Positions 11,496 to 27,301 of a DNA stretch of 64,000 bases are shown one piece after another (the stretch's first letter is position 1; every line of letters begins with the position of its first letter). The translations under genes and the position numbers were made by a program. The notes beneath the pieces are model-generated. The model saw only the letters and a list, made by a program, of their open reading frames with translations. It searched no databases and had not been told where the DNA came from. The stretch is taken from NCBI GenBank assembly GCA_035430095.1, contig DAOMGB010000007.1:15267-79266 (forward strand). Direction: 5' to 3'. The DNA is from Casimicrobiaceae bacterium. Its GTDB lineage: Bacteria; Pseudomonadota; Gammaproteobacteria; Burkholderiales; Casimicrobiaceae.

Positions 11496-12281
11496 TTACC
11501 GGTTCGCGACGATGAACAGGCGCCGGAACGGAAACAGGGTGCTGCCGTCGTCGCGCGGCGGATAGGCGACAGCCAGCCGCCGCATGTATTCGCGCAGGAA
11601 TTCCGCGCGTTCGCCCTCGTCGAGCGCCGCCATGATCGGAACCAGCCAGGTTCCCTTCGTCCAGGCCGCAACGGGATGCTCGCCGTCCCCTCGCGGCGGC
11701 AGGACCTGAAGGTACTCGGTAAGCCAGACATCGACGCCGGTCATGTGCGGCGTCAGCCAGGACAGGTAATCGGCGGGCGCGGAAACCGGCGGCTCGCGCA
11801 CGATGGACCCGAGCCTCGTCCGCCAACGTTCGCTGCGCGCAATGTCCGCAATGGTCATGTGCGACGGAGCGCGAAAATTGTCGGGCATCTGCACCGCCAG
11901 CACGCCGCCGGGAACCACCATGCCCGCGAGCCGCGCGAACAACGCGGCGTGGCCCGGAAGCCAGTGCAGCGCGGCGTTGCTGTAGATCAAGTCGACCGGC
12001 GCGTCGGGCTGCCAGGTCGCAAGATCGGCCGCGACGAACCGGTAGCGCGAATCGTTCGCCGTCGCCGCGCGTGCCTCGTCGAGCATCTCGGGTGAACTGT
12101 CGACGCCCAGAATGCGCGCTTCCGGCCAGCGCTTTCCCAGCAGCCGGGTCACGTTGCCCGCGCCGCAGCCCAGGTCCACGACGTTCTTCGGGCGCTCGAG
12201 CGGGACGCGGGCCAGCAGGTCGACCGCCGGTCGCAGACGTTCCCCGGCATATTGCAGGTACTGGGCGGGTTGCCAGGCCAT
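11496..12281 (-). CDS. tam: Trans-aconitate 2-methyltransferase
   Basis: W-x-P-x-QY start, RPAVDLL, DLGCGAGN, NAALHW, VQMPDN and FPFRRLF motifs. Confidence 0.9.
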   Translation of the reverse strand: MAWQPAQYLQYAGERLRPAVDLLARVPLERPKNVVDLGCGAGNVTRLLGKRWPEARILGVDSSPEMLDEARAATANDSRYRFVAADLATWQPDAPVDLIYSNAALHWLPGHAALFARLAGMVVPGGVLAVQMPDNFRAPSHMTIADIARSERWRTRLGSIVREPPVSAPADYLSWLTPHMTGVDVWLTEYLQVLPPRGDGEHPVAAWTKGTWLVPIMAALDEGERAEFLREYMRRLAVAYPPRDDGSTLFPFRRLFIVANR

Positions 12282-12283
12282 GC

Positions 12284-13345
12284 TCAGGATTCTCCGTCAT
12301 TTTCGCCGGCGTTCCATCGTTGCCTTACCCGCGCGAACACCGGCACGGTGGTGAGCAGGATGACCACGACCCGCGCGACGTGAAATGCGGTGACCAGCGG
12401 CACGCCCAGCCGCAGCACCTTGGCGGTGATGCACATTTCGGCGATGCCGCCGGGCGCCGTCCCGAGCACGAGTGTGGCCGGATGCAAACCGGCCGCATAG
12501 GCCGTTCCGGCGCCGAACAAGGCGGACAGCGCCATTGCCAGCATCACCGATACCAGCACCGCGCCGACGAACCGGTGCGCACCCTTCAGGAAGTCGCGTT
12601 GGAAGCGCGAGCCGAGCGCGCACCCGAGCAGGCACTGGCCCACGTTCGAGGCAACTTGCGGCATCGAGGACAGGTCGATCTCGAGCGCCGTGAGCGGGAT
12701 CGCCACGGCAAGCGAACCCAGCACGAACGCGTTGGGCAGGCGAAAGCGCTGGAAGACGATGCCGCCGATGCCGGTGGCCGCCAACAGGATCACGAAGCCG
12801 ACGGGCTCGAAGGCTTTTGCCCCCTGCACGTAGGGGTCGGCGCCGTGCACGCCCAGCAGCGTATACGCCGCCGGAATCACGGCGACGACGATCAGCATGC
12901 GCAGGCTCTGTGCCGCGGCGACGCGATCGACACGCGCGCCGAAACGTTCGCCCAGCACGGCCATCTCGGCTGCGCCGCCGGGAACGCTGGCGAACAGCGC
13001 GGTGGTGCGGTCCAATCCGGTCATCCTCGTGAGCGCCAACGCCGACACGTAACCCACGGCCACCGCGAACACCGCGCCGGCGAGCAGCAGGTACCAGAGG
13101 CCCGCCACCTCGCGCACCACCTGCGGCGTGAAGTAGAGGCCGAGCGCCGTCCCGATCAGCCACTGCCCGCCATAACGCACCGGGGTCGGGACGCCGATGT
13201 CCACACCGGCGACGCGCAGGATCGCCAGCGAAAACAGCGGCCCCAGCATCCACGGAATCGGCGTGTGCAGCAGCGAGCATGCATAGCCCGCCGTTGCGCC
13301 AATGGCCAGCGCCGCGAGCGCGCGGAACATCCCCCGTCGCGTCAT
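12284..13345 (-). CDS. AbrB family membrane protein (aidB-regulator type)
   Basis: PIPWMLGPL, duplicated PGGAAEM/PGGIAEM motifs, multiple TM helices. Confidence 0.88.
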   Translation of the reverse strand: MTRRGMFRALAALAIGATAGYACSLLHTPIPWMLGPLFSLAILRVAGVDIGVPTPVRYGGQWLIGTALGLYFTPQVVREVAGLWYLLLAGAVFAVAVGYVSALALTRMTGLDRTTALFASVPGGAAEMAVLGERFGARVDRVAAAQSLRMLIVVAVIPAAYTLLGVHGADPYVQGAKAFEPVGFVILLAATGIGGIVFQRFRLPNAFVLGSLAVAIPLTALEIDLSSMPQVASNVGQCLLGCALGSRFQRDFLKGAHRFVGAVLVSVMLAMALSALFGAGTAYAAGLHPATLVLGTAPGGIAEMCITAKVLRLGVPLVTAFHVARVVVILLTTVPVFARVRQRWNAGENDGES

Positions 13346-13372
13346 GCCGCAATGGCGCGCACCGCGCGCCTC

Positions 13373-14809
13373 CTATTTGCCAATGCAGAATCGCCCGAAG
13401 ATGACGCCCAGCAGATCGTCGGCGGTGAATTCGCCGGTGATCGCGGACAGCGCCGCCTGCGCTTCCCGCAACTCCTCCGCGAAGAGCTCGATCGGGGGCG
13501 GTCGATTACCCAACTGAGTGCCCAACTGCAACGCGGCTTCGGCCAGATGTGCGGAAGCCTCGCGCAATGCCTGCACGTGGCGTTCGCGGGCGAGGAACGT
13601 GTCCTCCGTGGCGGCTTCCGAGCCGACCGCAGCAAGCACTTCACGCTCCAGCAATTCGACGCCGGCACCGACGTTTGCCGACAACCACACGTTCCGGCGG
13701 GTCGTGCCTTCGCTCGCACGCTGCGCGGCGGTCGGCGCGATTCCCGCGAGATCGGCCTTGTTGTGCACGATGACCCGCGCCATGCCTTCCGGCAAACGCG
13801 CGAGGATCGCCTGGTCTTCCACGTCGAGCGCGTCGGCGCCCGCGCGGGCGTCGACCAGCAGCAGGATGAGGTCGGCGCGCGCCACCGCGGCCCACGTCCG
13901 CTCGATGCCGATCGCTTCGACCGGATCCGCGGTGTCGCGCAATCCCGCGGTGTCCACGACGGTCAGCGGAATGCCGGCGATCTCCACACGGCGCTCGACC
14001 GTGTCGCGCGTCGTGCCCGCCACCGGCGTGACGATGGCGGCTTCCTCGCGCGCGAGCGCGTTGAGCAGGCTCGACTTGCCGACGTTGGGGCGCCCCACCA
14101 GCACCACCGTCAATCCCTCGCGCAGCAAGGCGCCGGTCTTCGCCCGCGCGAGCAGCTGCGCCAGCGACGCGCGAATGTCTCCCAGTTTCGCGACGACGTC
14201 GCCGGCGCGCAGGAATTCGACATCCTCTTCCGGAAAGTCGAGTGTGGCCTCGGTGTACATGCGCAACTCGACGAGCGCCTCGACCAGCCCATGCACTTCG
14301 CTGGAAAAGATTCCGCTCAGGCTGCGCGCCGCGGCGCGGGCGGCGGTGGACGTGGCGGCGTCGATCAGGTCGGCCACGCTTTCGGCCTGGGCCAGGTCGA
14401 GCTTGCCGTTCAGGAATGCGCGCTTGGTGAATTCCCCGGGCTCGGCGATGCGCGCGCCGAGCTCGACGCAGCGGGCGAGCAGCAGACGCAGCACGGACGG
14501 CCCGCCGTGCCCCTGCAGCTCCAGGACCGATTCGCCGGTATAGGAATGCGGTGCCGGAAAGTAGAGCGCGAGTCCCGCATCGAGCGGCGCGCCCTGCGCG
14601 TCGCGAAACGTCGCGACGGTGGCCACGCGCGGCGTCGGGATCGCGCCGATCACGCCGACGATCAACGTGTCGATTCCGCTGCCTGAAACCCGCACGACGC
14701 CGACGCCGCCGCGTCCCGGAGGCGTGGCGATGGCGGCGATGGTGGTGGTCAGCGGCGCTTGGCGGCCGCGGTCGCCGCCTCGGCCGTGATTACCCGGTTC
14801 ATGTGCCAT
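13373..14809 (-). CDS. mnmE: tRNA modification GTPase MnmE (start ATG 14809 or CTG 14752)
   Basis: [43 protein letters not shown] and C-terminal FCIGK. Confidence 0.96.
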   Translation of the reverse strand: MAHEPGNHGRGGDRGRQAPLTTTIAAIATPPGRGGVGVVRVSGSGIDTLIVGVIGAIPTPRVATVATFRDAQGAPLDAGLALYFPAPHSYTGESVLELQGHGGPSVLRLLLARCVELGARIAEPGEFTKRAFLNGKLDLAQAESVADLIDAATSTAARAAARSLSGIFSSEVHGLVEALVELRMYTEATLDFPEEDVEFLRAGDVVAKLGDIRASLAQLLARAKTGALLREGLTVVLVGRPNVGKSSLLNALAREEAAIVTPVAGTTRDTVERRVEIAGIPLTVVDTAGLRDTADPVEAIGIERTWAAVARADLILLLVDARAGADALDVEDQAILARLPEGMARVIVHNKADLAGIAPTAAQRASEGTTRRNVWLSANVGAGVELLEREVLAAVGSEAATEDTFLARERHVQALREASAHLAEAALQLGTQLGNRPPPIELFAEELREAQAALSAITGEFTADDLLGVIFGRFCIGK

Positions 14810-16458
14810 TGCTGGAAGATCTGGATGCAGTTGTTGACCAGCCAGTACAGAACGAGTCCCGCGGGGAAGAACAGGAACAGAACCGAAAATGCGATCGGCA
14901 TGATCTGCATCACCTTCGCCTGCACCGGGTCGGTGATCGGCGTGGGCGAGAGCTTGACCTGAAGGTACGCCGTCACCGCGTAGATGACGGGCAGCACGTA
15001 GAAGGGATCCGGCGCCGACAGGTCCTTGATCCAGAGTATCCACGGCGCGTTGCGCAGCTCCACGGCCGACAGCAGCACCCAGTACAGCGCGATGAAGACC
15101 GGGATCTGCACCAGGATCGGCAGGCAGCCGCCGAGCGGATTGATCTTCTCGGTCTTGTACATCTCCATCATCTTGACCTGCAGCTGCTGCTTGTCGTTCT
15201 TGTACTGCTCCTGCAGCGCCTTCATCTTGGGCGCGATCACCTTCATCTTCGCCATCGAGCGGGCGCTGGCGTGATTGAGCGGATAGAACGCGCTCTTGAT
15301 CATGATGGTCATCGCGACGATGGCCCAGCCCCAGTTGCCGATGATTCCATACAGCCACTTGAGCAGCCAGAACAGCGGCGCGGCGATGATCGTGAAGATG
15401 CCGTAGTCGACGACCAGGTCGAGGCCCTTGGCGGTCTTGGCCAGCGATTCCTGGTCCTGCGGCCCGACGTACAGCGGCACGCGAACTTCGCCGGTGGCGC
15501 CCGGGGCGATGGTGCCGACGGGCACGATCACGCCGGCCGCATAGAGCCCGTTGTCGAGTTTGCGCGTATAGAACTCGCGGGGAACCTTCTTTTCGTCGGA
15601 CGGCATCCACGCCGACACGAAATAATGCTCGACCATGCCGATCCAGCCGTCGGTGGCCGTCTTCTGGTACGGCAGCTTGCGCGTCGGGTCCGCGGCTTCC
15701 TTGTCGATTTCGCCGAATTCGATCTTCTTGTACTTGTCCTGCTCGGTGTAGACCGCCGGACCGACGAAGGCCGATGGTGCGCCCCAGCTCGGCACGACCG
15801 GCAGCTTGGTGTCGCGGGTGAGCTGGAAGTACGCGCTCGGCGCCAGCGGCGCGCTGCCGGCATTGGTCACGTCGAACGCGGCGTCGATCACGTAGCTGCC
15901 GCGATGGAATGTCAGCACCTGGACGACCTTGTCGCCGGCGGGCGTGGTCGCCGCGAGCCTCAGTTCGACGCGGTCGTCGTCCTTGCCCAGTTCGCGCGGC
16001 CCCGGCAGCGCTTCGTAGAGCGTCCGGTGATTGGGCATGCCTTCGCCGAGCAGGCCCGCCTGCGCGACGTAGATTCGCTCGGCGTTGCGCTGAAGCGCGA
16101 GGTACGGCTTGGTCGGATCATGGCTGTCGCGGTGCTTGTCCAGCGCGATCATCTTGATGACGCCGCCCGCGGTATCGACTTCCGCGGTGTAAAGATCGGT
16201 GCGGATCGTGATCGTCTGCCCGGCCGGCGCCGCAGCCGCTTGCCCGGGAACCGCGCCGGCGGCGGGTATCGCCGGAGTGCCGGTCGTGGCCGAGGGCACC
16301 GGAAGATCCTTGGCCGGGGCCGCCGCACCTTGGCTTGCGCCGGGCGCCGCCTGCACGGCCGGGGGCGGGACCGGCGCGTGCGCCTTTTGCCATTCTCCCC
16401 ACAACAGGAAAGAGGAAAACGAAAAGATGATGAACAGGATGATGCGTTGGGTATCCAT
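14749..16458 (-). CDS. yidC: Membrane protein insertase YidC
   Basis: MDTQR N-terminal TM, LYVGP, VDYG, GNWGWAI and NPLGGCLP motifs. Confidence 0.98.
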   Translation of the reverse strand: MDTQRIILFIIFSFSSFLLWGEWQKAHAPVPPPAVQAAPGASQGAAAPAKDLPVPSATTGTPAIPAAGAVPGQAAAAPAGQTITIRTDLYTAEVDTAGGVIKMIALDKHRDSHDPTKPYLALQRNAERIYVAQAGLLGEGMPNHRTLYEALPGPRELGKDDDRVELRLAATTPAGDKVVQVLTFHRGSYVIDAAFDVTNAGSAPLAPSAYFQLTRDTKLPVVPSWGAPSAFVGPAVYTEQDKYKKIEFGEIDKEAADPTRKLPYQKTATDGWIGMVEHYFVSAWMPSDEKKVPREFYTRKLDNGLYAAGVIVPVGTIAPGATGEVRVPLYVGPQDQESLAKTAKGLDLVVDYGIFTIIAAPLFWLLKWLYGIIGNWGWAIVAMTIMIKSAFYPLNHASARSMAKMKVIAPKMKALQEQYKNDKQQLQVKMMEMYKTEKINPLGGCLPILVQIPVFIALYWVLLSAVELRNAPWILWIKDLSAPDPFYVLPVIYAVTAYLQVKLSPTPITDPVQAKVMQIMPIAFSVLFLFFPAGLVLYWLVNNCIQIFQQWHMNRVITAEAATAAAKRR

Positions 16459-16537
16459 GGCTACTTTGGCTGGCCGCGCGGCAGGCGCACGAACCGTTCG
16501 ATGACGATGGGGGCTTGGCTTTGACTCGGATGGGCGG

Positions 16538-16747
16538 TCAGGGAACGGGGTCGTAGCCCCCGGGATGATACGGGTGGCATCGTGCGATCCGCTTGACCGC
16601 CAGCCACGAGCCCATCATCGCGCCATGCTTTTCCACCGCTTCGCGCGCGTAGTCGGAACAGCTGGGAGCGAATCGGCAATTGGAGCCGAGCATCGGACGC
16701 AGCAGGTATTGGTACCCGCGGATGCCGGCAACCAGGACGGCTTTCAT
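16538..16747 (-). CDS. yidD: Membrane protein insertion efficiency factor YidD
   Basis: [22 protein letters not shown]. Confidence 0.97.
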   Translation of the reverse strand: MKAVLVAGIRGYQYLLRPMLGSNCRFAPSCSDYAREAVEKHGAMMGSWLAVKRIARCHPYHPGGYDPVP

Positions 16748-17094
16748 GGCTGCGCCAACAGGGCCGACAACAGGACCGCCGCTTCGCCGACGGCGGCATC
16801 GAGTTCCGTGCGGTTGCCGACTTTCTTCACTCGCAGGATCACGTCGTAGGCGGCCAGCGCGGGACGCTGTGCGCGGACGATTTCGCGCATGCGGCGGCGA
16901 AGGCGATTGCGATCGACGGCACGGGGCAGGGTCTTCGCGGCGATCACGTAGCCGACGCGGCCCGGTGTCCCGGCGGCGGCGGCCGCGACCAGTTGCACAT
17001 GGCGGCCCTCGCTGCGGCGCCCCGACTTGAACACGGCCTCGAAGGCGCCGGGGCCGGTGAGACGAAACGCCCGGCCTGGAAGCCGGGCGCTCAT
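16744..17094 (-). CDS. rnpA: Ribonuclease P protein component
   Basis: RVGYVIAAK...AVDRNRLRR (RNR motif); lies between rpmH and yidD. Confidence 0.93.
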   Translation of the reverse strand: MSARLPGRAFRLTGPGAFEAVFKSGRRSEGRHVQLVAAAAAGTPGRVGYVIAAKTLPRAVDRNRLRRRMREIVRAQRPALAAYDVILRVKKVGNRTELDAAVGEAAVLLSALLAQP

Positions 17095-17135
17095 GGTCTG
17101 CTGCGGCACTGCGGTCGGGTTGCGCAGAGTGACTG

Positions 17136-17273
17136 CTAGACGGCGGTGAGGCTCTTGCGGCCCTTGGCGCGACGCGCCGAGAGCACTTTGCGGCCGCCGA
17201 CCGACGCCATGCGGGCGCGGAAACCGTGCTTCCGCGCGCGGCGGATCTTGGAGGGCTGATAGGTGCGTTTCAT
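17136..17273 (-). CDS. rpmH: 50S ribosomal protein L34
   Basis: [22 protein letters not shown]...; divergent from dnaA. Confidence 0.98.
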   Translation of the reverse strand: MKRTYQPSKIRRARKHGFRARMASVGGRKVLSARRAKGRKSLTAV

Positions 17274-17658
17274 CGCTATGCCTTGACGGGAAAAAGTGTG
17301 TTTCCGAAATCGGACTGCCAGAATCCGTCCGCAGGACGCCGACCGGGCGTCGCCCGAAATGCATCGGAAAAGCCTTACATTAGAGCGCGTTATGGGTTGA
17401 TTTGTCAATGCCCGCAGGTTGCGGCGGGCCGGTGTGCGACAAGTGCGAGCGGTCACTATCGGCGCGCGGCGCGGCCTGCCAAAGAGGCCGGTCGGCCCGC
17501 GTTCCCGTCCACGAATTCCTGTGGATAACTGGAACGCCGAGGCATACAATCCACAACCCTCGCGGCGTCAGGAGCGCCGCGAGAAGTGGATTGTGTCACT
17601 GCAGATGCCGCAGTCCGTTCGAATCACACCAAGAGTCCGTGAAGGACCCGATTGCAGC
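17274..17658. promoter_or_regulatory. rpmH/dnaA divergent region with DnaA boxes (dnaA autoregulation and/or part of oriC)
   Basis: Perfect box TGTGGATAA at 17520-17528; weaker CAATCCACA at 17547-17555. Confidence 0.7.
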
Positions 17659-19098
17659 ATGCGCACTGAACTTCAACCCCCCGCCTGGGCCCTTTGCCTG
17701 ACCGCTTTCGAGCGTGAACTGACGCCGCAGCAATTCGCGACGTGGATACGCCCGCTCTCCTGCGCCGAAGAGGGTGGGACGCTCAAGCTGCGCGCGCCCA
17801 ACCGCTTCATCCTGCAGTGGGTCCGCGACCGCTTCAGCAGCCGCATCGAGGCGCTTGCGCGCGAGGCCACCGGCTCCCCCGTGACCATCGAATTCGGGGT
17901 GGTCGACAGCGCCCCGGACGCCCCGGGGCGCCCGCAGGGAGCCGCCGCCCAGACGCCCGCAGCGGCCGCTTCCGCGTCGAATACCGCTCCCGCCACCCCT
18001 GTGGATAGCTCCCCGGGCCAATCCGCCCCGCGGAACGCCAGCGCCGCGCCGCCAGGCTTTGCCGCGCCCAGGAAGCTCGACGCCACGGCCCTCAATCCGG
18101 GCTTCAACTTTTCCACGTTCGTGGCCGGCAAGGCCAACCAGCTGGCGCGGGCCGCGGGGCTGCAGGTCGCCGACCACCCCACATCCTACAACCCGCTGTT
18201 CGTGTACGGCGGCGTGGGGTTGGGCAAGACCCACCTGGTGCAGGCCATCGGCAACCAGATCCTGGCGCAGAATCCGGCGGCCAAGATCCGCTATATCCAC
18301 GCGGAGACCTACGTGTCCGACGTGGTGCGGGCGTACCAGCACAAGGCCTTCGACGAATTCAAGCGACACTACCGCTCGCTCGACCTCCTGCTGATCGACG
18401 ACATCCAGTTCTTCGGCGGAAAGAGCCGAACCCAGGAAGAGTTCTTTTACCTCTTCAACACGCTGATCGAGGCGCACAAGCAGGTGGTCATCACCTGCGA
18501 CACCTACCCCAAGGAAATCGCCGGCATCGAGGAGCGCCTCATTTCCCGCTTCGGCTGGGGCCTGACCGTCGCGCTCGAGCCGCCCGAGCTGGAGATGCGC
18601 GTGGCGATCCTGCTGGCCAAGGCGCAGTCGACGGGAATGCGCATGGACGAGCAGGTGGCGTTCTTCATCGCCAAGCACATCCGTTCCAACGTGCGCGAAC
18701 TGGAGGGCGCGTTGAAGCGCGTGCTGGCGTACTCGAACTTCCACGGCCAGGAGATCTCGCTGGCGCTGGCCAAGGAAGCGCTGCGCGACCTGCTGGCGGT
18801 CCAGAACCGCCAGATCTCGATCGACAACATCCAGAAGACGGTCGCCGACTACTACAAGATCCGCATTTCCGACATGCATTCCAAGAAGCGCTCACGAGCC
18901 GTCGCGCGGCCGCGGCAGGTGGCGATGGCGCTCGCCAAGGAGTTGACCCAGATGTCCCTGCCGGAGATCGGCAGCAACTTCGGCGGCCGCGACCACACCA
19001 CGGTCCTTCATGCCTGCCGGCAGGTGGCGAAACTCCGCGAATCGCTGCCGGACATGAATCACGACGTGAACTTCCTGCTGCAGGTGCTGCGCAGTTGA
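17659..19098 (+). CDS. dnaA: Chromosomal replication initiator DnaA
   Basis: [33 protein letters not shown] and [11 protein letters not shown] motifs. Confidence 0.99.
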   Translation: MRTELQPPAWALCLTAFERELTPQQFATWIRPLSCAEEGGTLKLRAPNRFILQWVRDRFSSRIEALAREATGSPVTIEFGVVDSAPDAPGRPQGAAAQTPAAAASASNTAPATPVDSSPGQSAPRNASAAPPGFAAPRKLDATALNPGFNFSTFVAGKANQLARAAGLQVADHPTSYNPLFVYGGVGLGKTHLVQAIGNQILAQNPAAKIRYIHAETYVSDVVRAYQHKAFDEFKRHYRSLDLLLIDDIQFFGGKSRTQEEFFYLFNTLIEAHKQVVITCDTYPKEIAGIEERLISRFGWGLTVALEPPELEMRVAILLAKAQSTGMRMDEQVAFFIAKHIRSNVRELEGALKRVLAYSNFHGQEISLALAKEALRDLLAVQNRQISIDNIQKTVADYYKIRISDMHSKKRSRAVARPRQVAMALAKELTQMSLPEIGSNFGGRDHTTVLHACRQVAKLRESLPDMNHDVNFLLQVLRS

Positions 19099-19357
19099 CC
19101 CGGTTCCGGGCCATTTTTCACTCTGAAAAGCAGGGTTTTTGCAGTATAATTCCGAAGGTTTGCGACGTACCGTTTGTGAACCGAGTGTGGACAACCGTGG
19201 TATTTGCGGCGAGATCGTTTTCATCCCCAATCGATCCACCGCCGCGACACGGGTTTTCCCGCGGGTTCCGGACATCGAATCTCCCTGAACCGCAAGCGTT
19301 TTTCCCGTCCATACCGAATTTGCGCGACCTCCTATTAACTGTTCCTACTGTTAAACA
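19099..19357. other. Candidate oriC unwinding region (dnaA-dnaN spacer)
   Basis: 259-bp spacer, more AT-rich than its flanks; DnaA-like box TGTGGACAA at 19186-19194; trio-like run at 19332-19353; TATAAT at 19145-19150. Confidence 0.55.
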
Positions 19358-23090
<3,733 letters not shown>

Positions 23091-23211
23091 GCAGGCGCGA
23101 GACCTTGTACGGTGCGCGGAGCCGTAGGATCGGCCCCGCGAACCGGGCGACGCTGTCGTCGTCGCCCCGGTAGTGACGAGGTACGGTCACGGCGCCTTCC
23201 GGTCGCCTGCG

Positions 23212-24540
23212 CTATTCCACTGCGTACATCGCGCCGTCGGTGCTGCCGAAATACACGGCGCCTTTGACCACGAGCGGAGACGAGAAGACCGCGCCGATCG
23301 CGAATTGCCGGTCCGCCGCGATGGTGCCGGCGTCGTTCCAGCTGGACGAGAAGTACATCGGCGTGTTGAACGTGCGATCGGCCGCCAGGATCCACCCGTC
23401 GTTTCGTTTCGACGCCTCGGTCTGGAAATCCCACAGCAGGGCTCCGGTGCCAAGGTCGCGCGCCTCGAGCGTGCCGTTGAGGATCCCGGTCAGCACCACG
23501 TCGCCCGCGACGGAGGGCGACGAAAACATGTAGGCCTTGCTCTTTTCCTGAACGAGGGGCTTGCCGCTGACGGCATCGAGCACGATGTACAGGCTGGAGT
23601 CCGACGTGCCGAAGATCACCTTGCCGGCGACGATGGCGGGAGCGCTGACCACCCAGCTTCCGGCATTGTTGAAGCGCCACTTTTCCTTGCCCGTCTTCGC
23701 GTCGAGCGCGTAGAGATTCGAGTCCCGGCAACCTGTGTACACGACGCCGTCGACCACCGCCGGCGACGACTGGAATCCCACTTGGTTGTGGATCGACGGG
23801 TCTTCGCCGCCATGGAAACGCCAGCGTTCCGTGCCGGTCGTCGCGTCCAGCGCGTAGAAATAGCTGTCCCAGCTTCCGAAGAAAACGGTGCCGTCCGCAT
23901 AGGCCGGGGACGAATGCACGACATCCGCCGTCCGGAACTTCCACTTCAACTCGCCGGATGCGGCATCGAGCGCGTACAGATGGCCATCCCCGCTGCCGAA
24001 ATAGACGATGCCCTGCGCGACCACGGGACTCGACAGGTAGACATCATAGGGATCGGCGAACGTCTGGCTCCTGGGTTGCATGCCGTGCAGACCCCTGGCT
24101 TCGAATCGCCGCTCGCCGCCGGTCGTGAATTTCCAGCGCGTCGCGCCCGTACGCACGTCGAGCGCGTGGAATTTTCCGTCGTAGCTCGCCACGTAAAGCG
24201 TGTTGCCGACGATGGCCGGCGTCGACGCAACCGGCCCGCCTGTCTTGTGCTTCCATCGCAGGCGACCATCCGCCGCGTCCACCGCATAGACGTTGCCGTC
24301 GTCGCTGCCGAAGTAGATGGCGCCGTCACTGTAGACGGGCGAAGAGACGATCCGGTCGCCAGTGGGAAATTTCCACTTCACATGGTGGAACTGGCGCGGT
24401 GCTGAATCGCGGTAGTTGCCGGCATGCGCGGCGTCACCGCGAAACATCGACTGCGCCTCCGACGTGCCACCGGCGAGCAGGCCGGCCACTGTCACAGCCA
24501 CGAACAGCGCCTTCATTACTTCGCGAAGCGGCACCTTCAT
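23212..24540 (-). CDS. Secreted PQQ-like/BamB-like beta-propeller repeat protein
   Basis: Signal peptide, then about 9 repeats of SSP-x-V-x-x-G-x-VYFGS-x-DG-x-x-YALDA-x-x-G-x-x-x-W. Confidence 0.85.
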   Translation of the reverse strand: MKVPLREVMKALFVAVTVAGLLAGGTSEAQSMFRGDAAHAGNYRDSAPRQFHHVKWKFPTGDRIVSSPVYSDGAIYFGSDDGNVYAVDAADGRLRWKHKTGGPVASTPAIVGNTLYVASYDGKFHALDVRTGATRWKFTTGGERRFEARGLHGMQPRSQTFADPYDVYLSSPVVAQGIVYFGSGDGHLYALDAASGELKWKFRTADVVHSSPAYADGTVFFGSWDSYFYALDATTGTERWRFHGGEDPSIHNQVGFQSSPAVVDGVVYTGCRDSNLYALDAKTGKEKWRFNNAGSWVVSAPAIVAGKVIFGTSDSSLYIVLDAVSGKPLVQEKSKAYMFSSPSVAGDVVLTGILNGTLEARDLGTGALLWDFQTEASKRNDGWILAADRTFNTPMYFSSSWNDAGTIAADRQFAIGAVFSSPLVVKGAVYFGSTDGAMYAVE

Positions 24541-25265
24541 CAGTTTCCCCTTCCGGCGCGACGAAGCGTCAGCGGCAACTCCAGCGATCCCAGTTCGATC
24601 GTGCCGCGGAGCTCGGCGCTTTCATTGACCAAGCGCCCTTCGAACACGACCTGGGTCGCCTTCGATTCGATTCGCAGTTGAGCGCCATCCTGGAGAACGA
24701 GGTCCACCGGCAGATTCGTGGTCTGCTTGCCGACGACGACGAACCTGGCGGTCGCACCCGCGTCGGCCTGATTTTCCAGGGTGATCGTGACCTTGCGGGG
24801 ATAACCCCCGAGTTCGAATTCGCCCTGCCACTCGCTTGCCAGTTCCGGCGCGACGGGTGTGCTGCGCACTGGAAGTTCGACCTGCGCAGCCCCGGTCCGA
24901 TGCAGCGAGACCTTTGCCACGTTGCCCGCCTGCCTCATTTCACCGGTCATGGTGCTCTCTTCAACCCGATGCACGCTGAACGAGGCAGGCCCGTAGGTCG
25001 GATTGGAAAGCGCGTTCACGATGTCGAAGGTCGCGTCCGGTCCGATGACGACGATCTTCGCGAGCGGCGTGCCGTTGATCCCCAGGCCGGGAATGATGAT
25101 CGAGCCCGTCCATGCGCCGCCTTTGTCCTGCGCCAGATCGACGACCAGCTGCAGTTGCCTGCCGGGAATGGCGACCGAGCCTTCCCATCGCCCGTCCGGC
25201 GCTGGCAAGGCGCACCACGCGATTCCGGGCAGGCAGGCAAGCAACGTGGCGACTGTTCGTAACAT
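24540..25265 (-). CDS. Secreted hypothetical protein with two similar beta-rich halves
   Basis: Signal peptide; GRWEGSV.../SEWQGEF... duplicated modules; TGATG overlap with the downstream gene; GGGAGAGG before ATG. Confidence 0.75.
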   Translation of the reverse strand: MLRTVATLLACLPGIAWCALPAPDGRWEGSVAIPGRQLQLVVDLAQDKGGAWTGSIIIPGLGINGTPLAKIVVIGPDATFDIVNALSNPTYGPASFSVHRVEESTMTGEMRQAGNVAKVSLHRTGAAQVELPVRSTPVAPELASEWQGEFELGGYPRKVTITLENQADAGATARFVVVGKQTTNLPVDLVLQDGAQLRIESKATQVVFEGRLVNESAELRGTIELGSLELPLTLRRAGRGN

Positions 25266-25526
25266 CGTGCCTCTCCCTTGGAGTGGTTGTCCGGACAACG
25301 GCAAACCGCGTGGTCGTCCCGCCGGCTTCGCATCCTACGGGAGCCGTGGGTTGGGACAATGACGTGGCGACGAAGCGCGTTACGCCTCGACCAAGCGCGT
25401 CGGAGCACGACGTGGCGCCAGTCCCCAAGCCGGTGCCGCCGCGGACCCTTCGCCATGGCGCCAGGCGGGTTGAAGTGCATAATGCGCGGCTTCGGGCGAA
25501 ACCCGGCACCGGAACGGAACAGGGCC

Positions 25527-27053
<1,527 letters not shown>

Positions 27054-27054
27054 G

Positions 27055-27254
27055 TATCAATAATCAAGACGATGTTGCCGGATTGAATGCCGCAGATGCA
27101 TCCAAGCTACCGTCGTCCCCGCGAACGCGGGGACCCAGCGACTTCCATAGGATGTCGCGAGGCCGTGACACGACGACACCGGGTTCCCGCGTTCGCGGGA
27201 ACGACGGATGAGAACAATTCATGCATTGCGGAAACAACGCCTTGAAGCTTCACA
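27055..27254. mobile_element. Putative IS481-type MITE, copy A (200 bp), with internal REP doublet
   Basis: Ends TAT...ACA, flanks GCTAGG (27049-54) and GCCAGG (27255-60), imperfect terminal inverted repeats, homologous to 46879-47138. Confidence 0.8.
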
Positions 27255-27301
27255 GCCAGGGAATTTTTGCGCAGGTCGTGCGAAACCTGCGCGGGAACGC
27301 G

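Noticed and set aside
12071..14686. 871-aa plus-strand ORF and similar long ORFs (14551-16524, 20418-22781, 28262-30379, 40155-42866, 50542-52818, 54393-56831, 62003-63901)
   Set aside because: Antisense or alternate-frame shadows of well-supported genes, with no motifs; expected at this GC content and codon bias.
13373..15610. 745-aa MnmE fusion as given in the ORF track
   Set aside because: The N-terminal part is an alternate frame of yidC; MnmE similarity starts near 14750.
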